NCBI RefSeq assembly: GCF_004010195.1
Contig: NC_057758.1
Coordinates: 1,610,490-1,673,980 of the forward strand
Length of the DNA: 63,491 nucleotides
Origin: Chiloscyllium plagiosum
Taxonomy: Eukaryota
Reading direction: 5' to 3'
The first letter of the stretch is position 1, and each line of letters opens with the position of its first letter. This document shows, piece after piece, positions 38,280 to 51,399 of this stretch. The notes under the pieces were generated by a model. It saw only the letters and a program-made list of their open reading frames with translations. It was not told the DNA's origin and did no database searches. A program made the translations under genes and the position numbers.

Positions 38280-40737
38280 AGTATGTTGTTGCAAAAACAC
38301 AGCAGGTCAGACAGCATCTAAGGAGTAGGAGAATCGATGTTTCGGGCATAAGCGCTGCGTCAAGAACTCATTCCTGATGAAGGACTTATGCCCAGAATTT
38401 CGATGCTCCTGCTCCTTGGATGCTGCTTGTTCTGCTGTGCTTTTCCAGCACGGTACTCTCGACTCTGATCTCCAGCATCTGCAGTAATCACTTCCCCCCA
38501 CGTGATTTTAAACTTACTGAGAAGCGTCTAACTTGAGATTCTCCTCTTCTATTTACAAGAATCTCAGTGAGTTTCTCTCTCACTGCATCGTTCACCCCAC
38601 CCCCCTCCCCCGGTCATCTTCTCTGCCCTAAAGATCTTCAGCCACATCCTGAAGTACACTCGCTACCACAGCCACATCTCCTTCCTTAATGCCTACCTAT
38701 CGAAACGACTGATTCCGCGTGGGCTCCAGATACCTTCAGCACATTTTGGACCAGGACAGTACAAGTTGTACTTACTACAAATCCAATATCACAAGAAGTG
38801 GTTCTCCTTCCAGATCTTCCACTCCACGCTAGCAGCCATGTGTCGCCACCTACAATGTCTGCAGTCAGCTCTGCGTCAGCTTAGGCCCGTAATCACACAG
38901 ATCTGCAAAAGACCTCTTCTGTTTTACATACTCAGAAGAATTCATGCAGTCAACAGAAGTTCTTTTTTCTCCACCATATCGGACATAAAATAAAGCAGGT
39001 TTAACAACTTTCATATATTTACTTTAATACTCGGATTTTCTTGACCATTGCAGAACCTTGCATTGACGTCTGGATTTCCTCAGACAGCCTTAGCCACGCG
39101 ACCGTTTTGGACACCATCTCCGCGGTAAACAATAATGTAACTTCTGCCCCACTGTCCCACGGACCACAGCCACTGCCGAATAAACCGCTACCGTAATCAC
39201 TGCCCAGACAACCACCGCCACCTTCTCCAGGAAGATGAGCCTCTCCACGGGACGTTCTGCTGCCTTGAATGCCAAAAGATCCACTGCCACTGGAATCGAT
39301 TCGATATCTACCCTGTACGTGACATCCACCCCCGCAACTGATGGCGCTGCTCTCATTTTGACCAGTGACTTCTGTAACCTCAAAATCGATGATGACATTT
39401 CTGAAGCTTGTTCCACAAACAATTATGTCACTCATTGGAACTCAACTGGAATCATCACTGACGTAACGCCATAAGTGACTCACTCCCCACTCCCGCATGT
39501 CGCCTCTGGTCCCCACTTTCGCCCTCATAGTGAGCTGATTTCTGTTCGTGACATCACGGCCGGCCGACCACATAATCCGGCTCACGCCACTGGCCGTCTT
39601 CGCCAGCACTTCCAACTCCAGCGCCACTCCAGTTCCTAGCTCTTAGACCATTTTCCAAGGCCTCCCCTTTAATAAGGATGAACGATCAGTCCTCAGCAAA
39701 GGCCTCACCTTCAACCCACTATACCCCTGGTTGAATGACTTCCACACACATTGCGACATTGAACATTTCTTCGGCCCTCTCTTTCTGCAAGCCTACATTT
39801 TCTATCAACACTCATGCCCATCCTCCGAGGATCCCTTCTCTAGCTTGGAACACACTCCATCCACCTAGGCACTTTAGGCCAGACTGTTACCAAACCTTGT
39901 TCCTTTCCAGTCCAACTGCCACTATAACATGGACTGCCTCACCCTGTTCACCCTCATGACCCAATTTAACCTCTCACCCTCTCATCGTGCAGCCTTAGAC
40001 TCGCTCTGCTCCAATGCCAACCTCAACATCAAATGAGCAGACAAGGGGACCCTATTGCATTTTGGTGCACAGACATCGCTACCACTGAAACAATGCGCCA
40101 ACTCATAGACACCACCTCCTAGTCCCCTCAACAATGAAAGCACATCCTATCATCAAACAATCATCTCCCAGACCATCTACAACCTCATCACGTCAGGGGA
40201 TCTCCCATCCACAGGCTCCAACTTTACAGTTCGAGAAAACTGCTCTGGTCAATTCTACCTCCTCCCCAAAATGCACAAAACTGTCAGACCATTGTCTCAC
40301 CCTGCTCCTTCCCCAACGAACTCATCCCCGCGTACCTTGATACCATTCTGTCCCCTTAGTCCAGGAACTTCCCAACTATGTTCGGGCCAACACCCATGCC
40401 CTTCGCCTGCCCCTAGACTTTTGTTTCACTGACCCCACCGCGTCATCTTCACCATGGATATCCATGTTCTGAGCACATCCATATGCCATGACCAATGTCT
40501 CCATTTCTTCATTTACCAATTCAACCAGTACACTTCCACTGACACGCTCACCTGCCTGGCTGACTTCGTCCTCACCCTCTTCCAGTCCTCCCTCTTCCTT
40601 CAAGTCATTTGAAATGAAAGGCGTATGCATGAAACATCGATTCTCCTGCTCCTTGGATGCTGCCTGACCTGCTGTGCTTTTCGAGCACCACAGTCTTCAT
40701 TCTGATCTCCAGCATGTACTGTCCTCACTTTCCCTTC
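38280..40737 (+). mobile_element. Internally deleted Penelope-like element with inverted and direct terminal repeats
   Basis: Inverted repeat 38280-38366 facing 38371-38500; ORF remnants RYHSHISFL, ERSVLSKGLTF, ADKG, FYLLPKMHK, IFTMDI; terminal repeat again at 40610-40737. Confidence 0.8.
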
Positions 40738-42439
40738 ACTGATTTTCAAAGACAGACTGACATTTCAATTGCACCGCACCTCATATTAAGGTTTCTCTGA
40801 TTTTGCCCGCAAGAATATACATTCTATTAAACTCATCGGCAGAACACGATGCAGAATTGCCAATTTTGTTTCTAAAGGAATTGGATAAATCGAATTTAAA
40901 CAAAAGAACATGTAAAAATCTGCAAAATAGTGAGTGTGTTGGAAGTAAGACGAGTGGTACAACCACGGAGAAATTACAAAACAAGCTTTCTTGTCCGAAA
41001 GTTTAGTTGTTGCGCACAGAAAGACCGCATAGACATTGAGAACAAACAAATCGAACTTCCTTTTAGTTGGACTAAGGCAGTTTAGTCAGGGATGAGATTT
41101 GGTTTACCAATGCTGGTAGCTGCGTGAATTGTAAGTGAGAATTGAATCACTCTACCTGGATTTATCAATGACAGAGATGGATGTGAATGTCACAGACATG
41201 CTGAAGATGAGAATGATATAATGGAAGCATAAGGAAGTTGGGTAAATGATTGCGCGATGTAAGATTGAACTCGGCTCACGGTCACTTATTATGAATGGTT
41301 AGAACTGAAATCTGACCTGGGAAGGAAAGTGCTGTGCAGTTAGTTCACACAAAGTACATTTTGCGATACTGTTGATGTTTCTCATCTTTCCAATAGTTCA
41401 ACAACAAGAATTACAACAGCACGAATTCTGATTTATGTATCCGACAGAAGCCTAGAAAATGCTCTGCCATTCAAAATTCACCGTAACTTTAAGGTGAGGG
41501 GGAAATTTGAAAAGGGAGTTGTAGAACCACAGACAGTTGTTCGTATTTGGCATACACTGCCAGAGGAAGCGTAAATGCAGATACATGTGCATTTGAAACA
41601 CGTTTGGGCATATACTTGAATGGGAATGGTTTAGATTGGAGACACGGTCTGTTTGCATTTTGCACAACTCTGTGACTGCATGATCATATATTGGATGAGT
41701 GTCCAACTCAGTCCTTTAGTTCTGCTAGTCCTCCATACCCTTTGATCCCATAAGTACTTAGAACTATCGCTCGTTCCTTCCCTACAACAGGCAATATCTT
41801 GAAATCCACGGCATTCTGTGGAAGACTCATAATTCTTTGAGTGAAGACATTTCCCCTCATACCAGTCAAAAATAGTTTACTTTCTGTACTGAACATCATC
41901 ATCGGAATGTCCTTTCTACAGTCGGCTCATCCAATTAGAATTTATAGGTTTCTATGAGATTACTTTCCCTCAGCACTTAATTCATCTGAACTCGAGTGGA
42001 CATCGTCCTTAGCAGTTCAGCCTCTACTCATACAACCAATGGATTTGGCAAGATTTGCTGCACTCCCTCCATAACGAGAGTACCCTTCCTCGGGTAAGCG
42101 GAACAAAACTTCATAGAATATGCAGATGTAGTCTTATCGAGAATCTGTACAACTGCAGCACGACCTCCATGATCCGAGATTCGAATCCTTTCACTTGGAA
42201 TGCAAGGATACCGTTTACATTCTTCATCCCGTGCTGTTTAATTGAGCGTTTGCAGACGCACAGAACATGCAGTGAGACAAAAAGAGGAAATCTGATCCGA
42301 TTAATAATTACTCGTAGAATTAGCAAAAGGCAGGCAGAAACTTTGCAGAGTTAACAAAGACAGCAAAGTCAGACGAGTATCAAGCAATAAACAGAATGTA
42401 GTTAAATACGGGTTATAGAACCAAGACAGAGTTACTTAC

Positions 42440-42626
42440 CAGTGACGCCAACAATAGCTAGGATGGGATAATAAATAAATTGCAGCATTCTCAGAGCATA
42501 GTAGATGCGAGTTGATAATTTTATCCAATTATGATCTGCTGTAAGAAGCCGAAACCAATACAATAAACTCTTCTCGATTATTGTAATATTCCAATCAGTC
42601 ATTTTCTGATAGTGTTCCAAGGACAT
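42440..42626 (-). CDS. GPR139/GPR142-like class A GPCR, coding exon 1 (N-terminus and first half of TM1)
   Basis: ATG at 42626; translates MSLEHYQKMTDWNIT...LQFIYYPILAIVGVT, then G|GTAAGT, a consensus phase-1 donor (intron starts 42439). N-glycosylation sequon NIT. Confidence 0.85.
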
Positions 42627-42729
42627 AATATTCCAATCTCTCTGTCTCCGATTCTGATCAACTCTCTCCTTCTCTCTGAAGTCGCTGATTTCTTAAGTGG
42701 GAGATGATGTGACTCGCGAAAAAGGAGTG

Positions 42730-42800
42730 CTGTATGATAGACGAGCGTAACCTCCAGTGACATAATTAACGTCCTTGGAGACCTGCACTAATTAATGCCA
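42730..42800 (-). promoter_or_regulatory. Candidate proximal promoter of the GPCR gene
   Basis: Non-repeat sequence about 105-170 bp upstream of the ATG with two TAATTA palindromes (42763-42768, 42789-42794) and a weak TATA-like TATCATA. Confidence 0.3.
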
Positions 42801-45800
42801 AACAGGCTCTCGCAACTCCTATTCAATCCAACATGTACTGTCTTCCGATTAGTTCGAGCAGTTAGCTCATCTGGTTGAGATATGTGAGAGATTGATGAGA
42901 GGGTAAAGGTGGCCCTCGTTCTTGAATATCCCATCAGTAAACATAATTTATCCTGATATACCCTATGTTATCTTATTAATATCGTGAAGACTTTGATACG
43001 ATGACTGCTATACTTTCCAAATTCTGGAGAAAACAGGCCTGACTTGTTTTATTCTCTCTGCATAACTTAACCACTGAAGTCCAGGTGTCATGCTTGTATA
43101 GCTACGTTATATATTGTCACTGGCCAACCTATCGATCCTAAATTGATCATCAAGGCTAATAATACTCCCGCTGGGGTGGAATCCGGTTTTTGTCTAACTA
43201 TGTAGCATAAACAATGTAACTACACCAGTCAGTTTAACAGTGACGATGTGGACGTTCATCCACATTTTCAGCAAGGCATACGACTGATAAAATAATGTTT
43301 TGTCAATACATGGTCCTCCTGAAAGCGCAGAGAGAAGTTGGGTTATTAAAGTAATGGAGGCATTTGTTGACTGCAGACTTTCTACTTGTTTGTCTCGACG
43401 TGGCACTTCACAGTTTACATTCACAGTTGCTTCTCATTATGACTTTCGCTGGGAAGGTTTTGTTGACTTTTTTGTGTTGATCTCCGACAGTCCTCAAGAT
43501 ATAGGGAGACCCTAAGTACTGTTCAGAAGGGAATTCGGGGATTTCAACCGATTGAATGAAAAACAGTAGGGATGGATGTGCATATTTAAAGGAAAATTGA
43601 AAGTGGTAGTTTTGCCGTCTAGGTGTCTTCCTAGACCTTCCATGTGGTAGACGCTACGTGGCTGTGAGGGTACGCTTTGTTGTTTTACTCCAGGCCAGAT
43701 TAAAGATTTTGCACGCTCCAGCCACTCTGTGCTGATGGCGAAGGGAGCATGTATAAAATTTGGGAATTCAAGTGGGATTCCAGTTACACCATGTTTCGAA
43801 TATTATGCACGTTTTGAATTCCTTATGTGAGGAAAAGCAATTGTGATTTATTGCCACTGCGACAAAAGTTTACCAGACTAATTCCTACATTAGCAGACGT
43901 GTCGGATGAGGCAACGTTGAATTGGTTAACACTTTATTCACTGGCATTTGAAAGAATGAGAGTCGCAATCACAACTATGTGCAACTCCGTCTTGAAAAAA
44001 GAAAATCAACGTTTCTGTCTTAGTCTCTTCCTATGGCAGCGAGTTCCACAGGCTCCCCACTCTCTGAGTGAATAACATTCTCCTTCTCTCACTCAGGTTT
44101 TCGGAAAAGGAAAGTATTTTCCCAGCGTGAGAAGACTTATCAAGGAACACACATTGATATTGCTCGTTTGAGCTGATCGTAAAATGCATGATGACAGTGA
44201 AGCATATACGAAAGGGTTGTTTGAGGTGAATAGAATTCTGCACAAAACGCTCGATTTATACTACTGTTATCACTAAGGAATACAAGACGGAGAGATTTTG
44301 TGGAGCAACTCACAATGACCACGGTGTACTTTCCTTTAAATACGACCACTCATCGTGGAGGGTTGTAATGGAACTGGTGGGTACTTCGGCTTACACAAAC
44401 AGAAGCACACAATGATATTGTATGTCCTCAGAGATGTTGAGGTTTATAGAGACAGGGAGAGGTTATTCAAGGCGTGATTCACTAAAGAACATAAGAATGG
44501 TAATGACAAATCAATTCTGGAGTGGATTCATGTTTCAGTCAATGAGCCAGATCGGACAGAGCCTGATGCGAGTTAGAAGGATGCCCCATGACCACATTTC
44601 ATGATGGTTAGAGCCTAGGAGGAACCCAACTGAGACTCATCCTAGAAGGCATTCTCTGAGCTGCCTTCAAGAAATTGATATATTTTCTACAATTTTGGAA
44701 CCACAATTCCTCATTGTACGCCAGTTGTGATGTGCCCAGAAACATGCATGGTTGCAATAAGAGCTAACATTCCATTAAACTTACTGGTTGCCTGTTCACC
44801 CTGTATGATAGTTGTTTGCGTTTCGTGAACCAGGTCCCCCAGCTCCCTTAGAGTTGCAGCTTTCTCTATGTATAGAATATTTTCATCTTTTATACTCCCT
44901 TCTAAATTAACAACTTCACATCTTCCCACGTTATACACTATTTGCCAACTTTTATTTTCTAATAACTTAAATTATAATTGTGTCTCTATAAACTGCTCCA
45001 TTCCTCTCACACCCTGCCCCGCCCTGTTACAGCATCTGCATTTTTGGCAACAGAATGTTCACTTCCTTGCTCCAAGTCAAAATGCTATGCACATCCCAAT
45101 TTCTCAAGCTGTACCCTTGGCTGAGTTGTGGTCACCCTCAGGTTAAACCATCATCAAAGGTTAAACATTTCTTCTGAGATGTTATTGTTTTCTTCAAAGT
45201 TTACCTCTGAAGTGGAACCTGCTGCCATCCTATCTGAAACTCTTTCTCAAACTGGTGCGAAGATTCTTAATGTTTTGGCAAACTTGATTTTTTTTCAGAG
45301 ACGGAAGGGCAATAAACGGGAAAACGGTTTCCTTAACTACACAGGAATACTTACTTTGACTACAATAGCGAATTTATTCAAACCTTCAAACTTCGAACTT
45401 AATACAGTTGGATGTCTCTGTACATCGATAAATGACTGGCCTGGCAGAAACACTTGGTCTTTGATTTGGTCTGTGAGCAAACTACCTTCATAAAGATCTC
45501 AAGGTGGATCCAATCCTCAAAATTCATCTGTAATTATTAACTACAGAATAGCCTCTGTTTTCCAATAAAGAGCCTCGATGTTTCACTCATTCCATCGGGA
45601 CTCTCAGGGACTCTGATGAGAATGTTGAAAGTAGTGGTTTTGCTACTCATCATCCTGGTGCTTGTCGAGACAATCATTGCAGTCTGAGTCCGAGATTTAT
45701 ATTCGGTCAGTACATATTTCTAAAAACTACGTGCAAAACCAATCCCAGGTACAGGATGTGGCCATTGAGCGCTTCCAGTGCGTGCTGTTACGAAATTTAG

Positions 45801-47878
45801 TCTTGGCTCATCTGTAGCTTCACACACTTGGGTTTCATACCAAAGAACATTCGCTCCTAAATCGTCACATTGTGACTACGATGGTAACAAGTGGAGGTTG
45901 AGGAATGTCTTCCTCTTGATCTTTGTTCTCCTGGAGCTAATGCAGACAGTCACTGCCGATTCAGCAGTGAGTAAATGTTCTGTATTCAGAAGTTCTTTCA
46001 TCTGAAGATAATGATCAGTACAGAGACGGTTCAGAGAAGGTTCACTGAGATTATCCCTGACATGGAGATAGTGTCTCATGTAGAAATATTTAACAGGTTG
46101 GACTGCTACTCACTGGAATATACAAAAATGTGGAGTAATTTCGTTGAAACGTAAGTGATTCTTAGAGGGGTCTTGAGTGTAAATGCGGAGGGCCAGTTTC
46201 TAAACAAAAGTGACACAAGGATAAGAGTTAATAGCCTCAGAATGATGGAGCGTTAATTTAAGACTGATATTAAAGGAAATTGCCTCTTACAGGATTAGGG
46301 TGACTTGTTATGAGGAGCAGTCGAACAAGAATCCAACATTACATATAAGGCTAGATGGATAAATTTTTGATCAGTCACAGATTGCAGCTTCATCGTCCAT
46401 CCTTATACATAATGACCATTTCACTGAAAACAAGCATGCTGTAGGTTTTTTTCTTTACTACCTTATCTACCAGCGCAGAAATATTCAGCAATCTGCGACC
46501 TGTACACATCCCTCTATATATGAATTCTCCTAATGTTCTGTCATTCACTTTATAATTTACACCTGCAAATGATCTTCGAAAACACATCACCTCAGATTAT
46601 TTTTCTGGTCTAAACTCCATCTATCATTTTCTGCCTATATCTCCGACTGATCTATGTCCTGCATTGTCCTCTGACAATCCTCCTCACAATCCACAACTCC
46701 ACCAATCTTTGCATCATCTGCAAAGAGGTTAGGGCTCTATTCCGTGGAACGTAGAAGATGAGAAGAATTCTCACGTGAACTATGTATAATTCTGTAGGGG
46801 CTTGTCGTGGTCAATGCTGAGTGAATGTTTCTCTTTATGGAAATGTCAAGGATTAGAGCCTCCGAATAAAGCACCCTAATTTAAGTTTGGGATGAGGAGA
46901 AATTTTCTCTTTCAGACAGCCGTGAATATTTGGAACTCATTACCACAGAGCGCGTTTTGGGTGCAAAATCCTCCTGTACATTTTAGGCTGAAAGAGGTAG
47001 ATTCTTGATCAGTCGGGGAATCAAGGATTAACGTTAAATGGTAAGAAAGTGGGTGTGATGAATATTGGAGAAACCATGGTCCTTCTGAAAAGCAGAACAC
47101 CTTTAAAGGGCCAAATGGACTACACGTCTTCCTGTCCCTTATGGCATTTACTTCGCTTCGTACAGGAATCGAAACTTCATTGAAAACTTACCAACTTTTA
47201 CAGATACACCACAGCATTCATTTTTATCTAAATGCATGGCCGCTTCGTCCAGCAATTTATGTGCCTGGATCGAAAAAAAATTATAAGCACTGCCCAGATC
47301 ATCATGCAAACTAACCTTCCAGCTATGGACACTATGTATACTGCTCACTGCCGCGGAAGGTCAGCCAACATGAACAAAGGCCAATCCCAGTCTTGAAATA
47401 ATTTACTCTGATCCTTTCTGTAAGGCAACACACAAATAAAGCTTGAACAGACACAGCAAAAGATTCAGGAACAGCGGCTTTCTCGCTGTTATTAGATTTC
47501 TAAATGGACCACTCAAATTTCAAAACTATTGTTGATATTGCTTTAAGTACGCTTTCTTGTCATGACGTTTTTTTCCTCACTCTGTTCGATCAAACTCTGA
47601 TCCTTGTGTCTTTGTATGATTTGATCTGCTGCATGGTATGCAAAACATATTTTGATCCACTGTACTTAGGTGTGTGTAAAACAGTAACAAATCCCCAACC
47701 CCAGCATTGGCACAAAAGCAATATAAAGGTGGAAGGCTGAAAGTGGTTGTAGATGGTGATACAAAATACGAGGGCAGGTAGAGTCAGGGTAAAATTATTG
47801 AGAAAGACAAAATGATAGGTTGTGGGCTAATATTATGGAAGGAGAAAAGGAGAGACAGAAACAAATTAGAGACAGAGT

Positions 47879-47904
47879 CAGAGAGAGAGAGAGAGAGAGA
47901 GAGA
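47879..47904 (+). repeat. (GA)n microsatellite in a purine-rich tract
   Basis: GAGAGAGAGA run. Confidence 0.9.
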
Positions 47905-48044
47905 GTGTAATCAGATAGAGGCATCGAGATAAAAACTGCCAGATTGATAGAGACAGAAAGTGGGGAGTCAGAGAGGGAAAAAGTGTGAGCTGTTGAGAAG
48001 GTCACAGATCAAATAAAAGATGCATAATTAAAATGCACCTCTAA

Positions 48045-49390
48045 CGTCCAAACCAAAGAAGTAGCCATGGACACCGGCATGGGCCCCAGATATGCCTGCC
48101 TCTCCGTCGGATATGTGGAATAGTCCATCTTCCAAGCAACACTGGCACAACCCCCCAGCTTTTCCTCCACTACATCGATGATTGTATTGGCGCTACCTCG
48201 CTACAAGGAGGTTGAACAGTTCATCCACTTTATTAACACCTTCCACCCCGACCTCAAATTTACCTGGATCATCTCAGACTCCTCCCTCCCTTTCCTTGAC
48301 CTCTCCATTTCTATCTCGGGCGACCGACTCAACACAGACATTTACTACAAACCGACCGACTCCCACAGCTATCTAGATTACACCTCCTCCCACCCTGCCC
48401 TCTGTTAAAACGCCATCCCATATTCCCAATTCCTTCGCCCCCGCTGCATCTGCTCCCAGGAGGACCAATTCCACTACCAAACAACGCAAATGGCCTCCAT
48501 CTTCAAAGACCGCAATTTCCCCTCCGACGTGGTCGATGATGCTCTTCACCGAATCTCCTCCACTATCTGCACCTCCGCCCTTGAACCCAGCCCCTCAAAT
48601 CGCCACGAGGACAGAACCCCACTGGTCCTCACCTTCCACCCTACCAACCTCTGGATACATCGTATCATACTCCATCATTTCCTCCACCTCCAAACAGACC
48701 CCACCACCAGGGATATATTTCCCTTCCCAACCCTATCAGCGTTCCGGAGAGACCACTCCCTCCGCGACTACCTTGTCACGTCCACACCCCCCACCAACCC
48801 AACCTCCACTCCCAGCACATTCCCCTACAACTGCAAGAAGTGCAAAACTTGCGCCCACACCTTCCCGTCACCTCCTTCCAAGGCCCCAATGGATCCTTCC
48901 ATATCCGTTGCAAATTCACCTTCACCTCCACACACTTCATTTACTGCATTCGTTGCACCCGATGTGGTCTTCTCTACATTGGGGAGAAAGGCTGCTACTG
49001 TGGAACGTTTCAGGGAACATCTCTGGGACACCTGCACCAACCAACCCTATTGTCCAGTGGCTGAACACTTTAATTCCCCCTCCCACTCCGCCAAGGACAT
49101 GCAGGTCCTTGGCATCCTCCATTGCCAGATCCTGACCACACGACGCCTGGAGGAAGAGCGCCTCATCTTCTGCCACGGCACCCTCCATCCACATGGGATG
49201 AATGTAGATTTCTCCAGCTTCCTCATTTCCCCTTCCCCCACCTTATCTCAGTCCATCATTCCTGAAGAAGGGCTTATGCCAGAAACGTCGATTCTACTGC
49301 TCCTCGGATGCTGCCTGGCCTGCTGTGTTTTTCCAGCACAACATTTTTCAACTCTGGTCTCCAGCATGTGCAGTCCTCACTTTCTCCTAG
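48045..49390 (+). mobile_element. Penelope-like retroelement: RT C-terminal half, GIY-YIG endonuclease, terminal repeat
   Basis: VAMDTGMGPRYACL, YIDD, LPFLD, YYKPTDSHSYLDY, CKKCKTC, IYCIRCTRCGLLYIGE, ERFREH, RRLEEERLIF; stops and frameshifts present. Confidence 0.92.
49262..49289 (+). ncRNA. Minimal hammerhead ribozyme core
   Basis: CTGAAGA AGGGC-TTAT-GCCA GAAAC GTC, one stem II mismatch. Confidence 0.6.
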
Positions 49391-49549
49391 CACCTCTAAG
49401 ATTCCCAGAAAATCTCAGAGTACTCGACGGACTCTTACTCGGCTCTTACTGTGGTCATGCTGTCACCGCATTGATAGGGAACATAAAGCCAGCCAGCTTG
49501 CATGCAATTAGCGCCCAAAGTTGATCTGATCGAGTTGTATTTGTTCATG

Positions 49550-49652
49550 GAGAACCCATTCCTGAAGAAGGGCTTATGCCCGAAACGTCGATTCTCCTGT
49601 TCCCTGGATGCTGCCTGACCTGCTGCACTTTTCCAGCAACACATTTCCAGCT
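49550..49652 (+). mobile_element. Solo Penelope terminal repeat with 15-bp TSD
   Basis: TTGTATTTGTTCATG at 49535-49549 and 49653-49667. Confidence 0.85.
49562..49589 (+). ncRNA. Minimal hammerhead ribozyme core
   Basis: CTGAAGA AGGGC-TTAT-GCCC GAAAC GTC. Confidence 0.7.
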
Positions 49653-50029
49653 TTGTATTTGTTCATGCCAGTTATCTGCGGGGATGGTGGTGCGGCAGGG
49701 AGTGCGTTAATCTTGAGGTCTGCCTTCAAGAAATGTTTGAATTGTGGGGGTTGAGGAACTGGGAAAGATACATTGATCGGGACAGGAGAATATTAAGTTC
49801 AAGACTGAGGAAAATTGCTTTGAAGATTGATTAGATGTAAGCTGTTGTGCAAAGGGGAGCAAGAAGCAGCATGCCATGGATAGATGTAAGGAGGTATAGT
49901 CTCGGTAAGGAGAGCCACATCAGAACAATTGGGTACAGAGAATCGACGGTTTAGGCATATTCTTCCAGCCTCTTTCAAATACAAAAATGCATTATTAAAT
50001 GCCGACATGCAATCGGTCCAAAAACATTG

Positions 50030-50452
50030 TTGCTGCTTTTCCCAACAAGTTTGGATTTTTCTCTCTGGAGAGAAGGAAGAAGAGAGGTTACCTGATCGAG
50101 GTATACAACATAATGACAGGAATGCATAGAGTCAATAGCCAGATATTTTTCCCCAGGGCAGGATTGACTGGCATGACGGGTCATAGTTTAAAGATACAGT
50201 ATTAGGAGAAAGGTATAGAGGGGTCTTCAGAGGATGTTTCTTTATGCAGAGCGTTGTGAATGCATGGAATGCGTTGCCAGCGGTGCCGATGGACGCAGCG
50301 TCGTTAGGGACATTTGGATATGCACATGGATACCAGTGAATTGAGGGTTGTGTAGGTTAAGTTATTTTATTTAAATTAGAATTAATTATCGGCACAATAT
50401 CATGGACCAAAGGGCCTGTTCTGTGTGGTACTTTCCTATGTTCTATGTTCTC
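50030..50452 (+). mobile_element. CR1 3' end
   Basis: FSLERRKKRGYLIEVYNIM; (TTCTATG)n tail. Confidence 0.82.
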
Positions 50453-50939
50453 ATATAATTGATGGCCCTAACAGACAGCAGCCATATTTCAAAATGATTT
50501 TAATGTTGGTTTTATGCTTCATACTTTGTGGGAGGAGATGGGGGTTATGAACTCAGACCTCCTGGATAAAAAGTCAGAATACCAGAAGGGATAGTTCCTT
50601 CTTGCAATAGCTGTCCTTAGTGGCTTTCCTGATATGGTAACGTGATGGGTGAGAATCACTTGGAGACTAATTTCGCCTCAGCGATGCAAAAACTTATTTA
50701 AAAGCCAGGGTGGGATTGTGGGGTGGTGGGAACAATTGACAGAAATGTTTCCATTTCATGAATGCAAGGGTACACAATCTCTGACCAATTTATACATTCC
50801 TTTGCTCTATTAAATATTACCTGTGACACGTATCTCAGCGACCACAGGGCTGCATTGAGTCTCTCAGAGTTCAACAAAAAATGCATTGCCCCATAGTAAA
50901 GACTGGAAAGTATCCAGCATCTCTTGTGATCCCAATACG

Positions 50940-51310
50940 CAGAGTATACACAGCTCAATGTCAAAATATCCGTCTACAACACTGTACATTGTGTTACTTC
51001 AGACAATGTATATGCTGCTCAGCGCTGAATGTCCAAATATCTGGTGTCCCACACTGTATACATTGTATTACTGTGGACAATACACAATTCGATGATGTTG
51101 TAAATCAAACATTAGTTATCCCAACTGCAGACATTGCAATATTGGGTAGAAAATACACAGTTTAAACAATGCTGTATCCAAATATCAGTTGGCCCACACA
51201 GTAAGGTTTGTATTACTGTAGATATTTTTATTGTGAATGCTACATAACCTACACACATACGAGTGTTCAAATATCAGCCTTCCTACACTGTAGGAAGGCT
51301 GTAAAGAATA
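50940..51310 (+). repeat. Degenerate tandem repeat, unit about 72 bp
   Basis: AAATATC-like anchors at 50964, 51035, 51107, 51180 and 51269, most followed by CACACTGTA...TTGTATTACT variants. Confidence 0.6.
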
Positions 51311-51399
51311 CACTGATAGAGTGCGTGTGCACGCAAGTGGAAATATGTTTGCGTTTCAATGAGCGTGAGTGTCTGCAGTCTGTTGGGTTTGATTGTCAG

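Noticed and set aside
39019..39474. Gly/Ser/Thr-rich ORFs
   Set aside because: Low-complexity linker of the intronic Penelope element and its antisense frames.
48490..49524. 344-aa ORF as a host gene
   Set aside because: Frameshifted Penelope RT and GIY-YIG sequence reading on into the terminal repeat.
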